Part shown: piece by piece, positions 21,293 to 31,845 of the stretch
Layout of the letters: each line of letters begins with the position of its first letter
Numbering within the stretch: position 1 is the first letter of the stretch
Assembly (NCBI GenBank): GCA_963746405.1
Contig: CAVVAV010000003.1
Location: 933,589-997,588, forward strand
Length of the DNA: 64,000 nucleotides
Source: an uncultured Chloroflexia bacterium
GTDB lineage: Bacteria > Chloroflexota > Limnocylindria > Limnocylindrales > CSP1-4
Direction: 5' to 3'
Made by a program: the position numbers and the translations under genes
Notes under the pieces: model-generated
Databases searched by the model: none
Seen by the model: only the letters and a program-made list of their open reading frames with translations
Told to the model about the DNA's origin: nothing

Positions 21293-23001
21293 TGGACTTC
21301 AAGCGCCTGGATCGGGTCCGCCGATCAGCCACCCCGCTCGAGCTCGACGTCGTCGAGGCGTACGCGAACGGGCGGATCACCCGACGTCAATTCATCCAGC
21401 GCGCGACGGTCATCGGCCTGTCGTTGCCCGCCATCGGCGCCGTGATCGCCGCGTGCGGCCCGGGAACGGCAAGCGTGGCGCCCAGCGCCGCTTCGGCCGC
21501 CCCCGGCGCGAGCGCGCCGCCCAGTGCGCCCGCCAGCGCCGTGGCAGGTGGCACCATCCGTTGCGCCATCCAGCGCCCCGTCTCGATCGATCCGGTCGCC
21601 ATGCAGGACCTGGGCGGCTACGGCATCGTCGCCCAGTCGATGGAGTTCCTGTGCACGCAGAACCCGGCCGATCCGGGTGTTCTCGCGCAGGCTCTCGCCA
21701 CCGAGTGGACCTCCAACGACGACGGCACGGTCTGGACGTTCAAGCTCCGCCCGGACGTCAAGTGGCATGACGGCGCCGCCTTCACGTCGGCCGACGTCGT
21801 CGCATCGATGGAGCGTCTCGTCGCGGCCGGCAACTCCGGCCTGAAGGGCGTCCTGGACCCGGGCGGCGCGGTCGCCACCGATGACCTCACGGTCACCTTC
21901 ACGCTCGTCGCCGCCAACGGCAACTTCCCGTACCTCGTCTCGATCTACAACGCGCAGACCGTCATCACTCCCGCCGATTACGTGGCCGGGACGACCCTCG
22001 ACCAGCGGCCGACCGGAACGGGTGCCTGGAAGCTCCTGAACTACAACCAGCAGACGGGCGCGACGTTCGAGCGGAACGCCGACTGGTGGGGCGGCACGAC
22101 GCCGCTCGACGGCACGGAATTCCTGTTCTTCGACACGACCGGTCCGATGATCACCGCCTATCAGGGCGACCAGGTCGACGCCATCGTGCAGTTCGACGTC
22201 CTGTCGGGGGCCGCGCTCTTCGACGACCCGAACTTCAGCCTCATCGCGACGCCGGCTGCCTTGCATCGGCAGATCTGGATGCGGACCGACACGGGCGCAT
22301 TCACCGACAAGCGGGTTCGCCAGGCGCTGGCGCTCACGTGGGATCGGCAACAGCTCGTCGACCAGCTGTTCAAGGGTCGCGCCGAGATCGGCAACGACCA
22401 TGTCATCTGGCAGGGCTATCCGTACTTCGACGACGCCGTCACCCAGCGCACGCAGAACATCGACATGGCCAAGCAGCTCCTCGCCGACGCCGGCGCGACG
22501 AACCTGACGGCCGTGCTCCACGCCGGTCAGCTGCAGGAGATCCCGGACCTCGCCACGCTCCTCAAGAGCCAGGCGGAGCAGGCCGGCATCACGCTCAACG
22601 TCGAGGTGGAGAGCCTCGACACCTTCTATGGCGCGCAGTGGTGCCCCGCTGAGCCCGCGAACCCGCCGTGCTCCGGCGCAGCCGAGCTCGGCATCGTGGA
22701 CTACGGCCATCGCGCGACGCCGGACGTGTACCTGAACGCCGCGCTCAAGACGAACGGCATCTGGAACTCGTCGCAGTACTCGTCCGACCCGTTCGATGCG
22801 GCCTTCACGGAGTTCCAGGCGGCCGTGACCGTCGACGCCCAGAAGGCCGCCTGCACGAAGATCGAGACGATCCTCAACGACGACGTCCCGGTCGGCCTGC
22901 CGTACTTCTACAACTACCTCGCCGGCAACTCGAACAAGTTCGCCGGGGTGTTCTCGAGCGCCCTGGGGCAGATGTCGTTCTCGACGACCACCCGCGTCTG
23001 A
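21293..23001 (+). CDS. ABC transporter substrate-binding protein, family 5 (peptide/nickel/opine type), Tat/lipobox signal
   Basis: RRQFIQRATVIGL twin-arginine + IAAC lipobox; SBP_bac_5-like length and motifs; GAGGAGGAG RBS. Confidence 0.85.
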
Positions 23002-23079
23002 CGACGCAGCGCGTGGGGACGGTGGCGCGAGCCGTCGTCCCCATGCCACGATCCGTCTGAGTCACGGCCGAGGGAGCCG

Positions 23080-24033
23080 ATGGCACGTTTCATCACGCGC
23101 AGGCTGCTGCTCTCCCTGCTCACGTTGTGGCTCCTTGCCACGATCGTGTTCATCATCGCGAACGTCCTGCCCAACGACGTCGGTCGGACCATCGCGGGCC
23201 CCTTCGCGCCGCAGGAGACCGTCGACGCGATCAACGAACGGCTCGGGACCAATCGGCCGATCATCACGCGCTATGTCAATTCGATCGTGGGCGTGTTCAC
23301 GCTCGACTTCGGCGATTCGTTCGTCACGAACCGGCCCGTCCTCCCGACGCTGATCGATGCCATCGGGCGCTCCGCGAAACTGGCCGGATTGGCGCTGCTC
23401 ATCACGATCCCGGTGGCGATCCTGGCCGGCCTGTTCGCCGCTCGACGGCGTGACCGTCCGGTCGATCGTGCGATCGTCCTGCTCGGCGTTACGTCGGCGT
23501 CGATCCCGGAGTTCGTGACCGCCACGATCCTCGTGGTCGTGGTGGGCGTGCAGCTGAAGCTGCTGCCCGTCCTCGCGACGCCGCCACGCGACGCGGACAT
23601 CCTGACCCAGGTCCGGTACCTGCTGATGCCGGCGTTGGCGATGGCGATCGTCTACTTCGGGTACATCGCACGCATGACGAGGGCCGGGACCATCGAGGTC
23701 CTGCAGTCGGACTACACCCGGACCGCGACGATGAAGGGTCTGACGACGGCCCAGACCATGCGCCGCCACGTGCTGCGCAACGCGTTGATCCCGACCGTCG
23801 CGGTCATCGCGGTCCAGGTGGGCTACCTGTTCGGCGGGATCATCGCCGTGGAGCGGATCTTTGCCTATCCGGGGATGGGCCAGACGATGCTGTTCGCGGC
23901 CCAGCGCAAGGACATCCCGACGCTCACGGCTGGCGTGATCATCATCGGCGTCGTGTACATGCTCGCGACGCTCATCGCTGACCTGACGATCGCCTGGATG
24001 AACCCACGCATCCGCCTGGACGCAGAACGCTGA
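23080..24033 (+). CDS. ABC transporter permease (DppB/OppB-like)
   Basis: 317 aa, 6 TM, EAA-like loop. Confidence 0.85.
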   Translation: MARFITRRLLLSLLTLWLLATIVFIIANVLPNDVGRTIAGPFAPQETVDAINERLGTNRPIITRYVNSIVGVFTLDFGDSFVTNRPVLPTLIDAIGRSAKLAGLALLITIPVAILAGLFAARRRDRPVDRAIVLLGVTSASIPEFVTATILVVVVGVQLKLLPVLATPPRDADILTQVRYLLMPALAMAIVYFGYIARMTRAGTIEVLQSDYTRTATMKGLTTAQTMRRHVLRNALIPTVAVIAVQVGYLFGGIIAVERIFAYPGMGQTMLFAAQRKDIPTLTAGVIIIGVVYMLATLIADLTIAWMNPRIRLDAER

Positions 24034-24932
24034 TGGACGCTCCCGTCATCAGCCCCTCATCGGTCGCACCGGTGGCGGCCGCGCCCACGCCTGTCTCGGA
24101 GCGCTCACAGGCCCGGCGGGAGACCCTCCGCCAGCTCGTGCGGCGCCCCGCGTTCATCATCGGCGTGCTCGTCATGATCGGGTGGGTCATCACCGCCATC
24201 CTCGGCGAACGGATCACGCCGTACGACCCGTTCAATGACTTCCGGGACAACCACCAGCCCCCGGGATCGGCGCACCTGTTCGGCACGGACCGTCTGGGTC
24301 GCGACGTCCTGTCACGGGTCATGGTCGGGTCACGTGACGTCCTGATCGTGGCGCCCATGGCCGCGATCGTGGGCGTCGGCGCCGGGACGTTGCTCGGCCT
24401 GATCATGGGCTTCTACCGCGGCATCGTCGATGACGTGCTGAGCCGGCTCGTCGAGGCGTTCCTCGCCCTGCCCGTCGTCCTGGTCGCCCTGCTCACCCTC
24501 GTCGTGCTCGGGTCATCGTCGTTCGTGGTCGTGGCGGTGGTGGGGATCCTGTTCACGCCGATCGTGGCCCGCACGGTCCGCTCGGCCGTGCTGTCCGAGC
24601 GACAGCTCGACTACGTCACCGCGGCCAGGCTCCGCGGCGAGTCCGGACTGTTCATCCTGTCGCGCGAGATCTTCCCGAACGTGCTCGGCCCGACGGTCGT
24701 GGAGCTGACCGTTCGCTTCGGCTACGCCATCTTCACCGTCGCCACGCTCTCGTTCCTCGGGGTGGGGATCCAGCCGCCCTCGCCGGACTGGGGGCTGTCG
24801 GTCAGCGAGGAATACACGAACATGATCTCGGGCGTCTGGTGGCCGACCCTGTTCCCGGCGCTCGCGATCGCGAGCACGGTGATCGCGGTGAACCTCATCG
24901 CTGACTCGCTCCAGTCGGTCCTGAACGAATGA
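24033..24932 (+). CDS. ABC transporter permease (DppC/OppC-like)
   Basis: 299 aa; ATG overlaps upstream TGA. Confidence 0.85.
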   Translation: MDAPVISPSSVAPVAAAPTPVSERSQARRETLRQLVRRPAFIIGVLVMIGWVITAILGERITPYDPFNDFRDNHQPPGSAHLFGTDRLGRDVLSRVMVGSRDVLIVAPMAAIVGVGAGTLLGLIMGFYRGIVDDVLSRLVEAFLALPVVLVALLTLVVLGSSSFVVVAVVGILFTPIVARTVRSAVLSERQLDYVTAARLRGESGLFILSREIFPNVLGPTVVELTVRFGYAIFTVATLSFLGVGIQPPSPDWGLSVSEEYTNMISGVWWPTLFPALAIASTVIAVNLIADSLQSVLNE

Positions 24933-27019
24933 CCGTCGAGACGACCGCGCCGCCACCGCCACCCGCCGCCCCCACGTCCGCCGCCCTGAAGGTGGAGGAC
25001 CTGTCGCTGGCCTACGTGGTCCGCGGGATCCGGCGGCCGGTCCTGCGCAATGTCTCGTTCGAGGTCCGCCCCGGCGAGTCGTACGGCCTCGTCGGCGAAT
25101 CGGGCTGTGGCAAGTCCACGACGGCCTACGCGGCCGTCCGCTACCTGCCGCGCAATGCCGTGATCACCGGCGGCCGGATCCTCGTCGCCGGCGACGACGT
25201 CACGAAGATGAACGACGAGCAGCTGCGCCGGTTCCGGATGCGGCACGCGTCGATGGTCTACCAGGACCCGGGGGCGGCGCTCAACCCGACGACCAAGGTC
25301 GGTCCACAGGTCGTCGAGGCGTTCACGATCCTGGGCCAGAGCGCCGAGCAGGCGCGCGAGAGCGCGCTCGCCTCGATGCGCCGGGTCCAGATCGCCGACC
25401 CCGAGCGGGTCTTCCAGCGCTACCCGCACCAGCTGTCGGGTGGGATGCAGCAGCGCGTCGTCATCGCGATCGCCCTCGCGTCCGACCCGAAGCTCCTCGT
25501 GCTCGACGAACCGACCACGGGCCTGGACGCCACGGTCGAGGCGAGCGTGCTCGACCTCGTCCGGACGCTCGTCGCCGATACCGATGCCGCGGTCCTCCTC
25601 ATCGCCCACAACCTCGGCGTCATCCGCACGATGTGCGACCGGGTCGGCGTGATGTACGCCGGCAAGATCGTCGAGGAAGGCAACGCGATCCAGGTCTTCG
25701 AGCGTCCGCAGCACCCGTATACGGTCGGTCTGCTCCAGTCGCTGCCGCGTCACGGGATCCGCAAGTCCGAGCGGCCGCTGACGACGATCCCGGGGACGCT
25801 GCCGCAGATCGGGACGCCGTTGCCGACGTGCGTGTACGTCGACCGCTGCCCGCTCGCGACCGACCTGTGCCGCGAGGTCGTCCCGCCGGTCGTCGACGTC
25901 GCCCCCGGCCAGTGGACCCGCTGCCACCACTGGGAGCGCATCGGCGAGCTCAAGCCGCCGCCACCCGGCGTCGGCCAGGCCCTCGTCGCGCAGGGCGACC
26001 TGACGCTGGACATGGCCAACGTGTCCAAGACGTTCCGCTCGTCCGGGCACGACGTTCCGGCGGTCGTGGGCGTGAACCTGCAGCTGCACGACGGCGAGAC
26101 GCTCGGGCTCGTCGGCGAATCGGGCTCGGGGAAGTCGACCCTGGCGAAGACGATCCTCGGCATCGAGAGCCCGGACGCCGGTGGCAGCCTGGAGCTCGAC
26201 GATCACGCCCTCGCGCCGCAATCGGGCGACCGGCCGACCGCGGACAAGCGGTCCATCCAGATGGTGTTCCAGAACCCGGATTCGGCGCTCAATCGGGGCT
26301 GGACCGCGCGGCACATCCTGGCGCGCTCGGTCGAGAAGCTGACCGGTCTGCGTGGGAAGGCGGTGAGCGAACGCGTCGACAAGCTCGCCGACGGCCTGCG
26401 GTTGACCCAGCGCCACCTCGATCTCAAGCCGCGTCAGCTGTCGGGCGGGCTCAAGCAGCGCGTGGCGATCGCGCGGGCGTTCGCCGGCGACCCGCAGATC
26501 GTCGTGGCCGACGAGCCCACGAGCGCGCTCGACGTCTCGGTCCAGGCCGCCATCCTGAACGTGCTCTCGGAGCTCCAGGCGAAGAGCCGGACGAGCTACC
26601 TGCTCATCTCGCACGACCTCGGCGTCGTCCGCTACCTGGCCGATCGGATCGCGGTGATGTATCTCGGGCGGATCATGGAGGTGGGCGATTCGGAAGCCGT
26701 GTTCCGCGGCCCGAACCACCCGTACACCGAGGCGCTCCTGTCCGCGGTGCCCAGCATCGATGGCGAGGACCGCGTGCGCATCCGCTTGCAGGGCGAAGTG
26801 CCGAGTCCCGCCAACCCGCCATCGGGCTGCGTCTTCCACACGCGCTGCCCGCGCGTGATCGCGGGCCTGTGCGAGGTGACCGAGCCGCCGCTTGCCGAGG
26901 TGGAGCCGGGACACCTGATGAGCTGCCACATCCCGCTCGAGGAGCTGCGCCGGCTGCAGCGACGGGATGCCCCGCCGCCGGTCCGTGACGAGGCCGTCCC
27001 GACCGAGCCGGAAGCCTAG
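24929..27019 (+). CDS. ABC transporter ATP-binding protein, fused tandem ATPase (DppD-DppF-like)
   Basis: Two Walker A (GESGCGKST, GESGSGKST), two LSGG signatures, oligopeptide-type C-terminal extensions. Confidence 0.9.
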   Translation: MTVETTAPPPPPAAPTSAALKVEDLSLAYVVRGIRRPVLRNVSFEVRPGESYGLVGESGCGKSTTAYAAVRYLPRNAVITGGRILVAGDDVTKMNDEQLRRFRMRHASMVYQDPGAALNPTTKVGPQVVEAFTILGQSAEQARESALASMRRVQIADPERVFQRYPHQLSGGMQQRVVIAIALASDPKLLVLDEPTTGLDATVEASVLDLVRTLVADTDAAVLLIAHNLGVIRTMCDRVGVMYAGKIVEEGNAIQVFERPQHPYTVGLLQSLPRHGIRKSERPLTTIPGTLPQIGTPLPTCVYVDRCPLATDLCREVVPPVVDVAPGQWTRCHHWERIGELKPPPPGVGQALVAQGDLTLDMANVSKTFRSSGHDVPAVVGVNLQLHDGETLGLVGESGSGKSTLAKTILGIESPDAGGSLELDDHALAPQSGDRPTADKRSIQMVFQNPDSALNRGWTARHILARSVEKLTGLRGKAVSERVDKLADGLRLTQRHLDLKPRQLSGGLKQRVAIARAFAGDPQIVVADEPTSALDVSVQAAILNVLSELQAKSRTSYLLISHDLGVVRYLADRIAVMYLGRIMEVGDSEAVFRGPNHPYTEALLSAVPSIDGEDRVRIRLQGEVPSPANPPSGCVFHTRCPRVIAGLCEVTEPPLAEVEPGHLMSCHIPLEELRRLQRRDAPPPVRDEAVPTEPEA

Positions 27020-27969
27020 CGGGCGAACGTCTCCAGCAGGAGGGCGAGGAACTTCGGGGCGTCCGCATCGAACGCGACGAACGCGTTCGGTTTTCGGCCG
27101 AAGCGGCCGCCGTGGTCGATGACCGTTCGTCCGATCGTCAGCTCACCGCGCGTCTCGACATCGACGTGTGCCGGCCGGCCGGCGACGACAGCGGGATCGA
27201 CCAGGTAGGCGATACACAGTGCGTCGTGGACCGGGGCGCTCTGCGGCGTGTCCATCGGCTGGAGATCGTCGTACGCCCGGATCCGCCCTTCGATGAAGGT
27301 TGCCGCGGCCCCGCCGGCCGGGGTGCCAAGCTCGCGCAGCTGCCGGCAGTCGTCGAGCGACACGAGAGCGCGATGGGTGGCGTCGAGCGGCATGACCGCG
27401 ACGTTCCGTAGACCCGCCCCGAACACGACCTTGGCCGCCTCGGGATCGACCCACACGTTGAACTCCGCCGCAGGGGTCGTGTTCCCGGACAGATGCGCAC
27501 CGCCCATGATGACGGTCTCGGGGATGCGGTCCACGATCCGTGGCTCCAGCCGGATCGCCATCGCGACGTTCGTGAGCGGGCCGACCGGAACGAGCGCGAT
27601 GGGCTCGGTCGTGGCCATGTAGGTCTCGACCAGGTACTCCACGGCCCGCCGGTCCTGCTTGACCGAGCGCGGGGCCGGGATCGGCAGCTCGCGTGGATGC
27701 ATGCTCCCTCGGGCGTGGACGACCGCGCGTGGGACCGGGAAATCGTCGCGGGCCATCGGCGTCGCTGCGCCCTCGTAGACGGGGATGTCGACGCCCAGGA
27801 GGTCGAAGACCCGGAGCGTGTTGTCTGTGCACGCGGCGACCGGGTTGTTGCCATTGACGGTCGTCGCCGCGATGAGCTCGAGGCCTGGGTGCAAGGCCGC
27901 CAGCATCAGCGCGACGGCGTCATCCGTGCCGGTGTCGACGTCGAGGATCAGCTTCTTGCGCGCACCCAA
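27016..27969 (-). CDS. Nucleoside hydrolase (IU-NH family)
   Basis: N-terminal DVDTGTDDAVAL aspartate cluster; 317 aa. Confidence 0.85.
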   Translation of the reverse strand: MGARKKLILDVDTGTDDAVALMLAALHPGLELIAATTVNGNNPVAACTDNTLRVFDLLGVDIPVYEGAATPMARDDFPVPRAVVHARGSMHPRELPIPAPRSVKQDRRAVEYLVETYMATTEPIALVPVGPLTNVAMAIRLEPRIVDRIPETVIMGGAHLSGNTTPAAEFNVWVDPEAAKVVFGAGLRNVAVMPLDATHRALVSLDDCRQLRELGTPAGGAAATFIEGRIRAYDDLQPMDTPQSAPVHDALCIAYLVDPAVVAGRPAHVDVETRGELTIGRTVIDHGGRFGRKPNAFVAFDADAPKFLALLLETFAR

Positions 27970-27981
27970 GCGAGCGGTCGC

Positions 27982-29532
27982 CTAGACGTCCGAGTCGGGG
28001 AAGCTCGCCTTGCGCTGATCCATCCAGGCCACGAGCTCCTCGTGGACCGCCTGGTCGAGCAGCGGCTCCTCGTACTCGGCGAGCCGGCGCTTCCAGGCCG
28101 CGTTGGCCCGCTGTGCGGCGTCGTGACCGCCGTTGAGCTCCCACTGCTCGAAGCTGTTGTTGTCCGACAGGTCGGAGCGCCAGAACGCGTTCTCGAAGTT
28201 GGCGAGCGTGTGTGGCGAGCCCAGGAAATGCTGCCCTGGCCCGCCGTCGAGCATCGCCTGGAGGGCGAGTCCGTTCTCGGAGAGGTCGACGCCGGCGAGA
28301 TACGCCCCGGCCATCGAGGCCTGGTCCTCGTCGAGCATGAACTTCTCGTAGCCGATGGCCAGACCGCCCTCGAGCCAGCCGGCCGTGTGCAGGTTGAAGT
28401 TGACCCCCGCCTGCATCGTCGCCATGAAGCTGATGGCGCTCTCGTAGGCCGCCTGGTAGTCGGGCAGCTTGGAGGCCGTGAAGTTGCCGCCGCTGCGGAA
28501 CGGCACGCCGAGCCGGCGGGCCAGCGCGGCCAGCACGAACAGGACGAGCTGCGGCTCCGGGGTGCCGAACGTGGGCGCACCTGTCTGCATCGACATCGAT
28601 GACGCGAACGAGCCGAAGATGACCGGCGCCCCGGGCCGGACGATCTGGCAGAACGCCATGCCCGCCAGCGCCTCCGCCAGCGTCTGGGTCGCGGACGCGG
28701 CGACCGTGACCGGGGCCATGGCGCCACCGAGGATGAACGGGGTGATCAGCATGATCTGGTTGTTCTCGGCGTAGACCTTGGCCGAGCCCAGCATGTTGAA
28801 GTCCCACGACATCGGCGAGTTCGCGTTCGCCAGACCCATGATCACGTGTTCGCGTTCGAGGGTCTCCGGACCGAACGCGATCTTCGCCATATCGACCGAG
28901 TCCTGGGCACGACTCGGGTGGGTCACCGAGCCCATGAACGCCTTGTCCGTGTAGCGGATGTGGCTGTAGACCATCTCGAAGTGGCGCTTGTTGACCGGCA
29001 GGTCCGTGGGCTCGCACAGCGTTCCCCCGCCGTGGTGGAGGGTCGTGCTCGTGTAGGTCAGCTTCACGAAGTTGCGGAAGTCCTCGATCGTGGCGTAGCG
29101 CCGGCCGTCGTCGAGGTTGTGGATGAACGGCGAGCCGTAGGTCGGGACGAGGACCATATGCGGGTCGCCGATGACGACGCTGCGCTCGGGGTTGCGGGCA
29201 CGCTGCGTGAAGCTCCGCGGCGCCGTGGCCCGGACCAGCGAGCGGCACATCCCGCGCTCGAACCGGACACGCGAGCCCTGCACGTCGGCGCCGGCAGCGC
29301 GGAAGATCTCGACCGCCTCGGGGTAGTTGACGACCTCGATACCGACCTCCTGGAGGAGGGTATCGGCGTTGTGCTCGATGGCTTCGAGGCCGTCCGGGGA
29401 GACCACCTCGACCGGCGGCAGCTGCCGGGTCAGGTAGGGGAGGTGCTCCATCGACCGCGCGAGGCGCTCGGCTTGTCGCGCCGTCCGCCCGCGGCGCACG
29501 GTCGGGTGATCGGGTGCCTCGGAGGTCGTCAC
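27982..29532 (-). CDS. MttB-superfamily (trimethylamine/quaternary-amine) methyltransferase, non-pyrrolysine
   Basis: 516 aa TIM-barrel MttB-like sequence; no in-frame amber codon. Confidence 0.75.
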   Translation of the reverse strand: MTTSEAPDHPTVRRGRTARQAERLARSMEHLPYLTRQLPPVEVVSPDGLEAIEHNADTLLQEVGIEVVNYPEAVEIFRAAGADVQGSRVRFERGMCRSLVRATAPRSFTQRARNPERSVVIGDPHMVLVPTYGSPFIHNLDDGRRYATIEDFRNFVKLTYTSTTLHHGGGTLCEPTDLPVNKRHFEMVYSHIRYTDKAFMGSVTHPSRAQDSVDMAKIAFGPETLEREHVIMGLANANSPMSWDFNMLGSAKVYAENNQIMLITPFILGGAMAPVTVAASATQTLAEALAGMAFCQIVRPGAPVIFGSFASSMSMQTGAPTFGTPEPQLVLFVLAALARRLGVPFRSGGNFTASKLPDYQAAYESAISFMATMQAGVNFNLHTAGWLEGGLAIGYEKFMLDEDQASMAGAYLAGVDLSENGLALQAMLDGGPGQHFLGSPHTLANFENAFWRSDLSDNNSFEQWELNGGHDAAQRANAAWKRRLAEYEEPLLDQAVHEELVAWMDQRKASFPDSDV

Positions 29533-29637
29533 GGGGTCACCTTACATCGCGAGTCCGACTCGAACAGACCCATTGACGAACGCGACGCCGCGATGGATGC
29601 TCGAATCGAGATCGGTCATACCGGACAGGAGGCGCCG

Positions 29638-29829
29638 ATGGTTCGAGCGCTGCGCCACATCGGGATCGCGATCGGCTCGATCGTCATCGCGTGGTTGGCG
29701 GTGTCGCTGGTTGCCGGAGTCCTGCTAGGCTCGAACGCGTCGGGCAATTACCTGATCGTCCTTATCACCCTCTTCATCGGTGGTCTGGTGTACCGGGACA
29801 TCATTCGACGGGAGCGGCGCACCCTCTGA
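29638..29829 (+). CDS. Small membrane protein, hypothetical (63 aa, 2 TM)
   Basis: ATG 6 nt after AGGAGG; hydrophobic MVRALRHIGIAIGSIVIAWLAVSLVAG...; visible as C-terminal part of antisense-looking ORF 28846..29829. Confidence 0.5.
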   Translation: MVRALRHIGIAIGSIVIAWLAVSLVAGVLLGSNASGNYLIVLITLFIGGLVYRDIIRRERRTL

Positions 29830-29837
29830 GCGCCGCG

Positions 29838-31825
29838 TCACAGGACTCTGCCGAGGGCTCGGCCCTCGAAGAACGCGAGGCTCGCTCGCCGGGGCGCAAC
29901 GCAATCGCCGATCTGGTGGAACGCGACTCCGGCCGCCGCGAGCCCGATTGACAGCGATGTCTCCGCGACGGGCGTTTCGGCGATGACCAGGGTGTCCGCT
30001 GCGAGGCGTTCCTCGACGCCCGTCTGCGTGGAGCTAACCGTCGCTCCGTCGGCGTCCCAGCCGAGGACCACGGTGTTCGGCCGCATGACGCCGCCGGCAG
30101 CCGTGAACCGGCTTCGGAGCGGTACGTCGGCCGCGCTGTGGAAGAGACCGCCGCCGACGACCGCGGCCGACGTGACGATCGTGACCTGGTGACCTGCCTC
30201 GGCCAGATGCAGTGCGGTCCCGAGGCCTCGCCAGTCACCCAGGTCGTCCAGGACGAGCACGCGGGAACCCGGACGAGCGGCGCCACCGAGCACATCGTGG
30301 ATCGAGACGGCGTCCGAACGTTCCGCGCCCGGCAAGCGGTCGACCATGGGCAGGGCCCGCTGGAAGCCGGTTCGTGGCGGCCGCGCCCCCGTCGCGAGCA
30401 CGACCTCGTCCACATCCGCGGCCGCGATGTCATCGGCCGTGGCCGCGGTCTCGAGCCGGACGGTGACCCCCAGATCCTCGAGCGAGCGCCCGTACCATGC
30501 CAGCAGGTCGCGGATCTGGTCGCGTGAGGGCTGACGACCGGCGAGCCGGAACTGTCCGCCGAGCTCGGCGCCTCGCTCCAGGAGCGTCACGTCGTGGCCA
30601 CGCTCGGCAGCGACCCTGGCCGTCTCCAGGCCGGCTGGACCCCCGCCGACGACGAGGACCCGCCGCGGAGCCACCGCCCGCGTGAACCGGTCACCGCCCC
30701 ACTCGAACTCGCGCCCGGCCGACGGGTTCACCAGGCACGAGATCCAGTAGTCCCGCGAGCGGCGTCCCCAGCACAGCTGGTTGCACGAGATGCACGGCCG
30801 GACCTCGTCGGCGCGATCGGCGCGTGCCTTGGCGACGAGGTGCGGGTCGGCGATCTGGCCGCGCACGATGCTAACCATGTCGGCCCCTCCGGCGGCCAGC
30901 ACCGCCTCGGCGGCGGCCGGGGTCCGGATGTGGCTTTCGGCCTGGACCAAGGCGTGCGTGACGACACGCTTGAGCGCCGCGGCGAACGGGACACCGAGCT
31001 GCTGCTCGTACAGCGACACCGGGATGATCGGGTAGAAGTCGAAGTACGAGCCCGTGCCGCATGTCACGTAGTCCATCGCGCGTCTGGCGTCGTGCCAGGC
31101 GACGATCTCGGTCAGCTCGTCGATGGACAGGGCAGGGGCCGAGCGCTCGTCAACGCTCACGGCCAGGCCGATGATGAAGTCGTCCCCACAGGCCGCCCGG
31201 ATCCGCTCGAGGATCGTCGCCGAGAAGCGCATCCGTCTCTCGAACGAGCCGCCCCAGCCGTCCGTCCGCCGGTTCGACCACGGGGTCCAGAACTGGTCGA
31301 CGAGCGCGTGGTACGCGGCGAAGACCTCGACGCCGTCGAAGCCCGCGTCCTGGGCGCGTCGCGCGCTCGCGACGAACCCGTCGATGACCTCGTCGATCTC
31401 GGCCTCGGTCATCGCGTGGCTGCCGTCGGCGTCGTGGTAGGACGGCAGCCCGGACGGCGACCAGTTCGGCGCGAAGGAGTTGTCCGCATCCCCGTGCTGG
31501 CCCACGTGGTACAGCTGCTGGATCATCACCACGTCGGGGTTCGCCTCGCGGCACGCGTCGGTCAGGCGGCGGAATGCGGGATGACGGCGTCGTCATCGTG
31601 GCGGAAGTTGCCTCGCGTCAGGACGGCGGTCCGGTGGACGGGCACCGGCTCCACGACGATCATCCCGGCGCCACCGAGGGCGCGCTCGCGGTAGTAGCCG
31701 ATGTGTCGATCGCCGGGCAGCCCGGCCTCGGCCATGTTCGCCGTGTGCGCCCCGAAATGTGATCCGGCTCGTCAGCGTCCTGATGGCGCAGCGTCGACGG
31801 GCTCGAACACGTGCGGGAAGGGCAT
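29838..31825 (-). pseudogene. FadH/TMADH-family Fe-S flavoenzyme (OYE-like TIM barrel + FAD/NAD domains), in-frame TGA at 31772-31774 and -1 frameshift near 31578
   Basis: N-term MPFPHVFEPVD...R*RAGSHFGAHT...GYYRERALGGAGMIVVE then QQLYHVGQ, 4Fe-4S motif CISCNQLCx11C, VLVVGGGPAGLE; aligns to E. coli FadH N-term by recall. Confidence 0.7.
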
Positions 31826-31845
31826 CGCTCGTGCAGTATGGCCAG

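Noticed and set aside
21325-23049. 574-aa minus ORF antisense to the SBP gene
   Set aside because: Antisense artefact.
24722-26929. 735-aa minus ORF antisense to the ABC ATPase
   Set aside because: Antisense artefact; sense strand has two Walker A/LSGG sets.
27493-29248. Plus ORF (369 aa) and minus ORFs (259, 442 aa) overlapping the MttB gene in other frames/strand
   Set aside because: Overlap the full-length MttB-family reading frame; compositionally aberrant.
31772-31774. In-frame TGA in the FadH-like gene as selenocysteine or recoding
   Set aside because: The aligned position is a hydrophobic core residue (V/L in FadH), there is no SECIS-like context, and a frameshift occurs in the same gene; nonsense mutation or error is more parsimonious.
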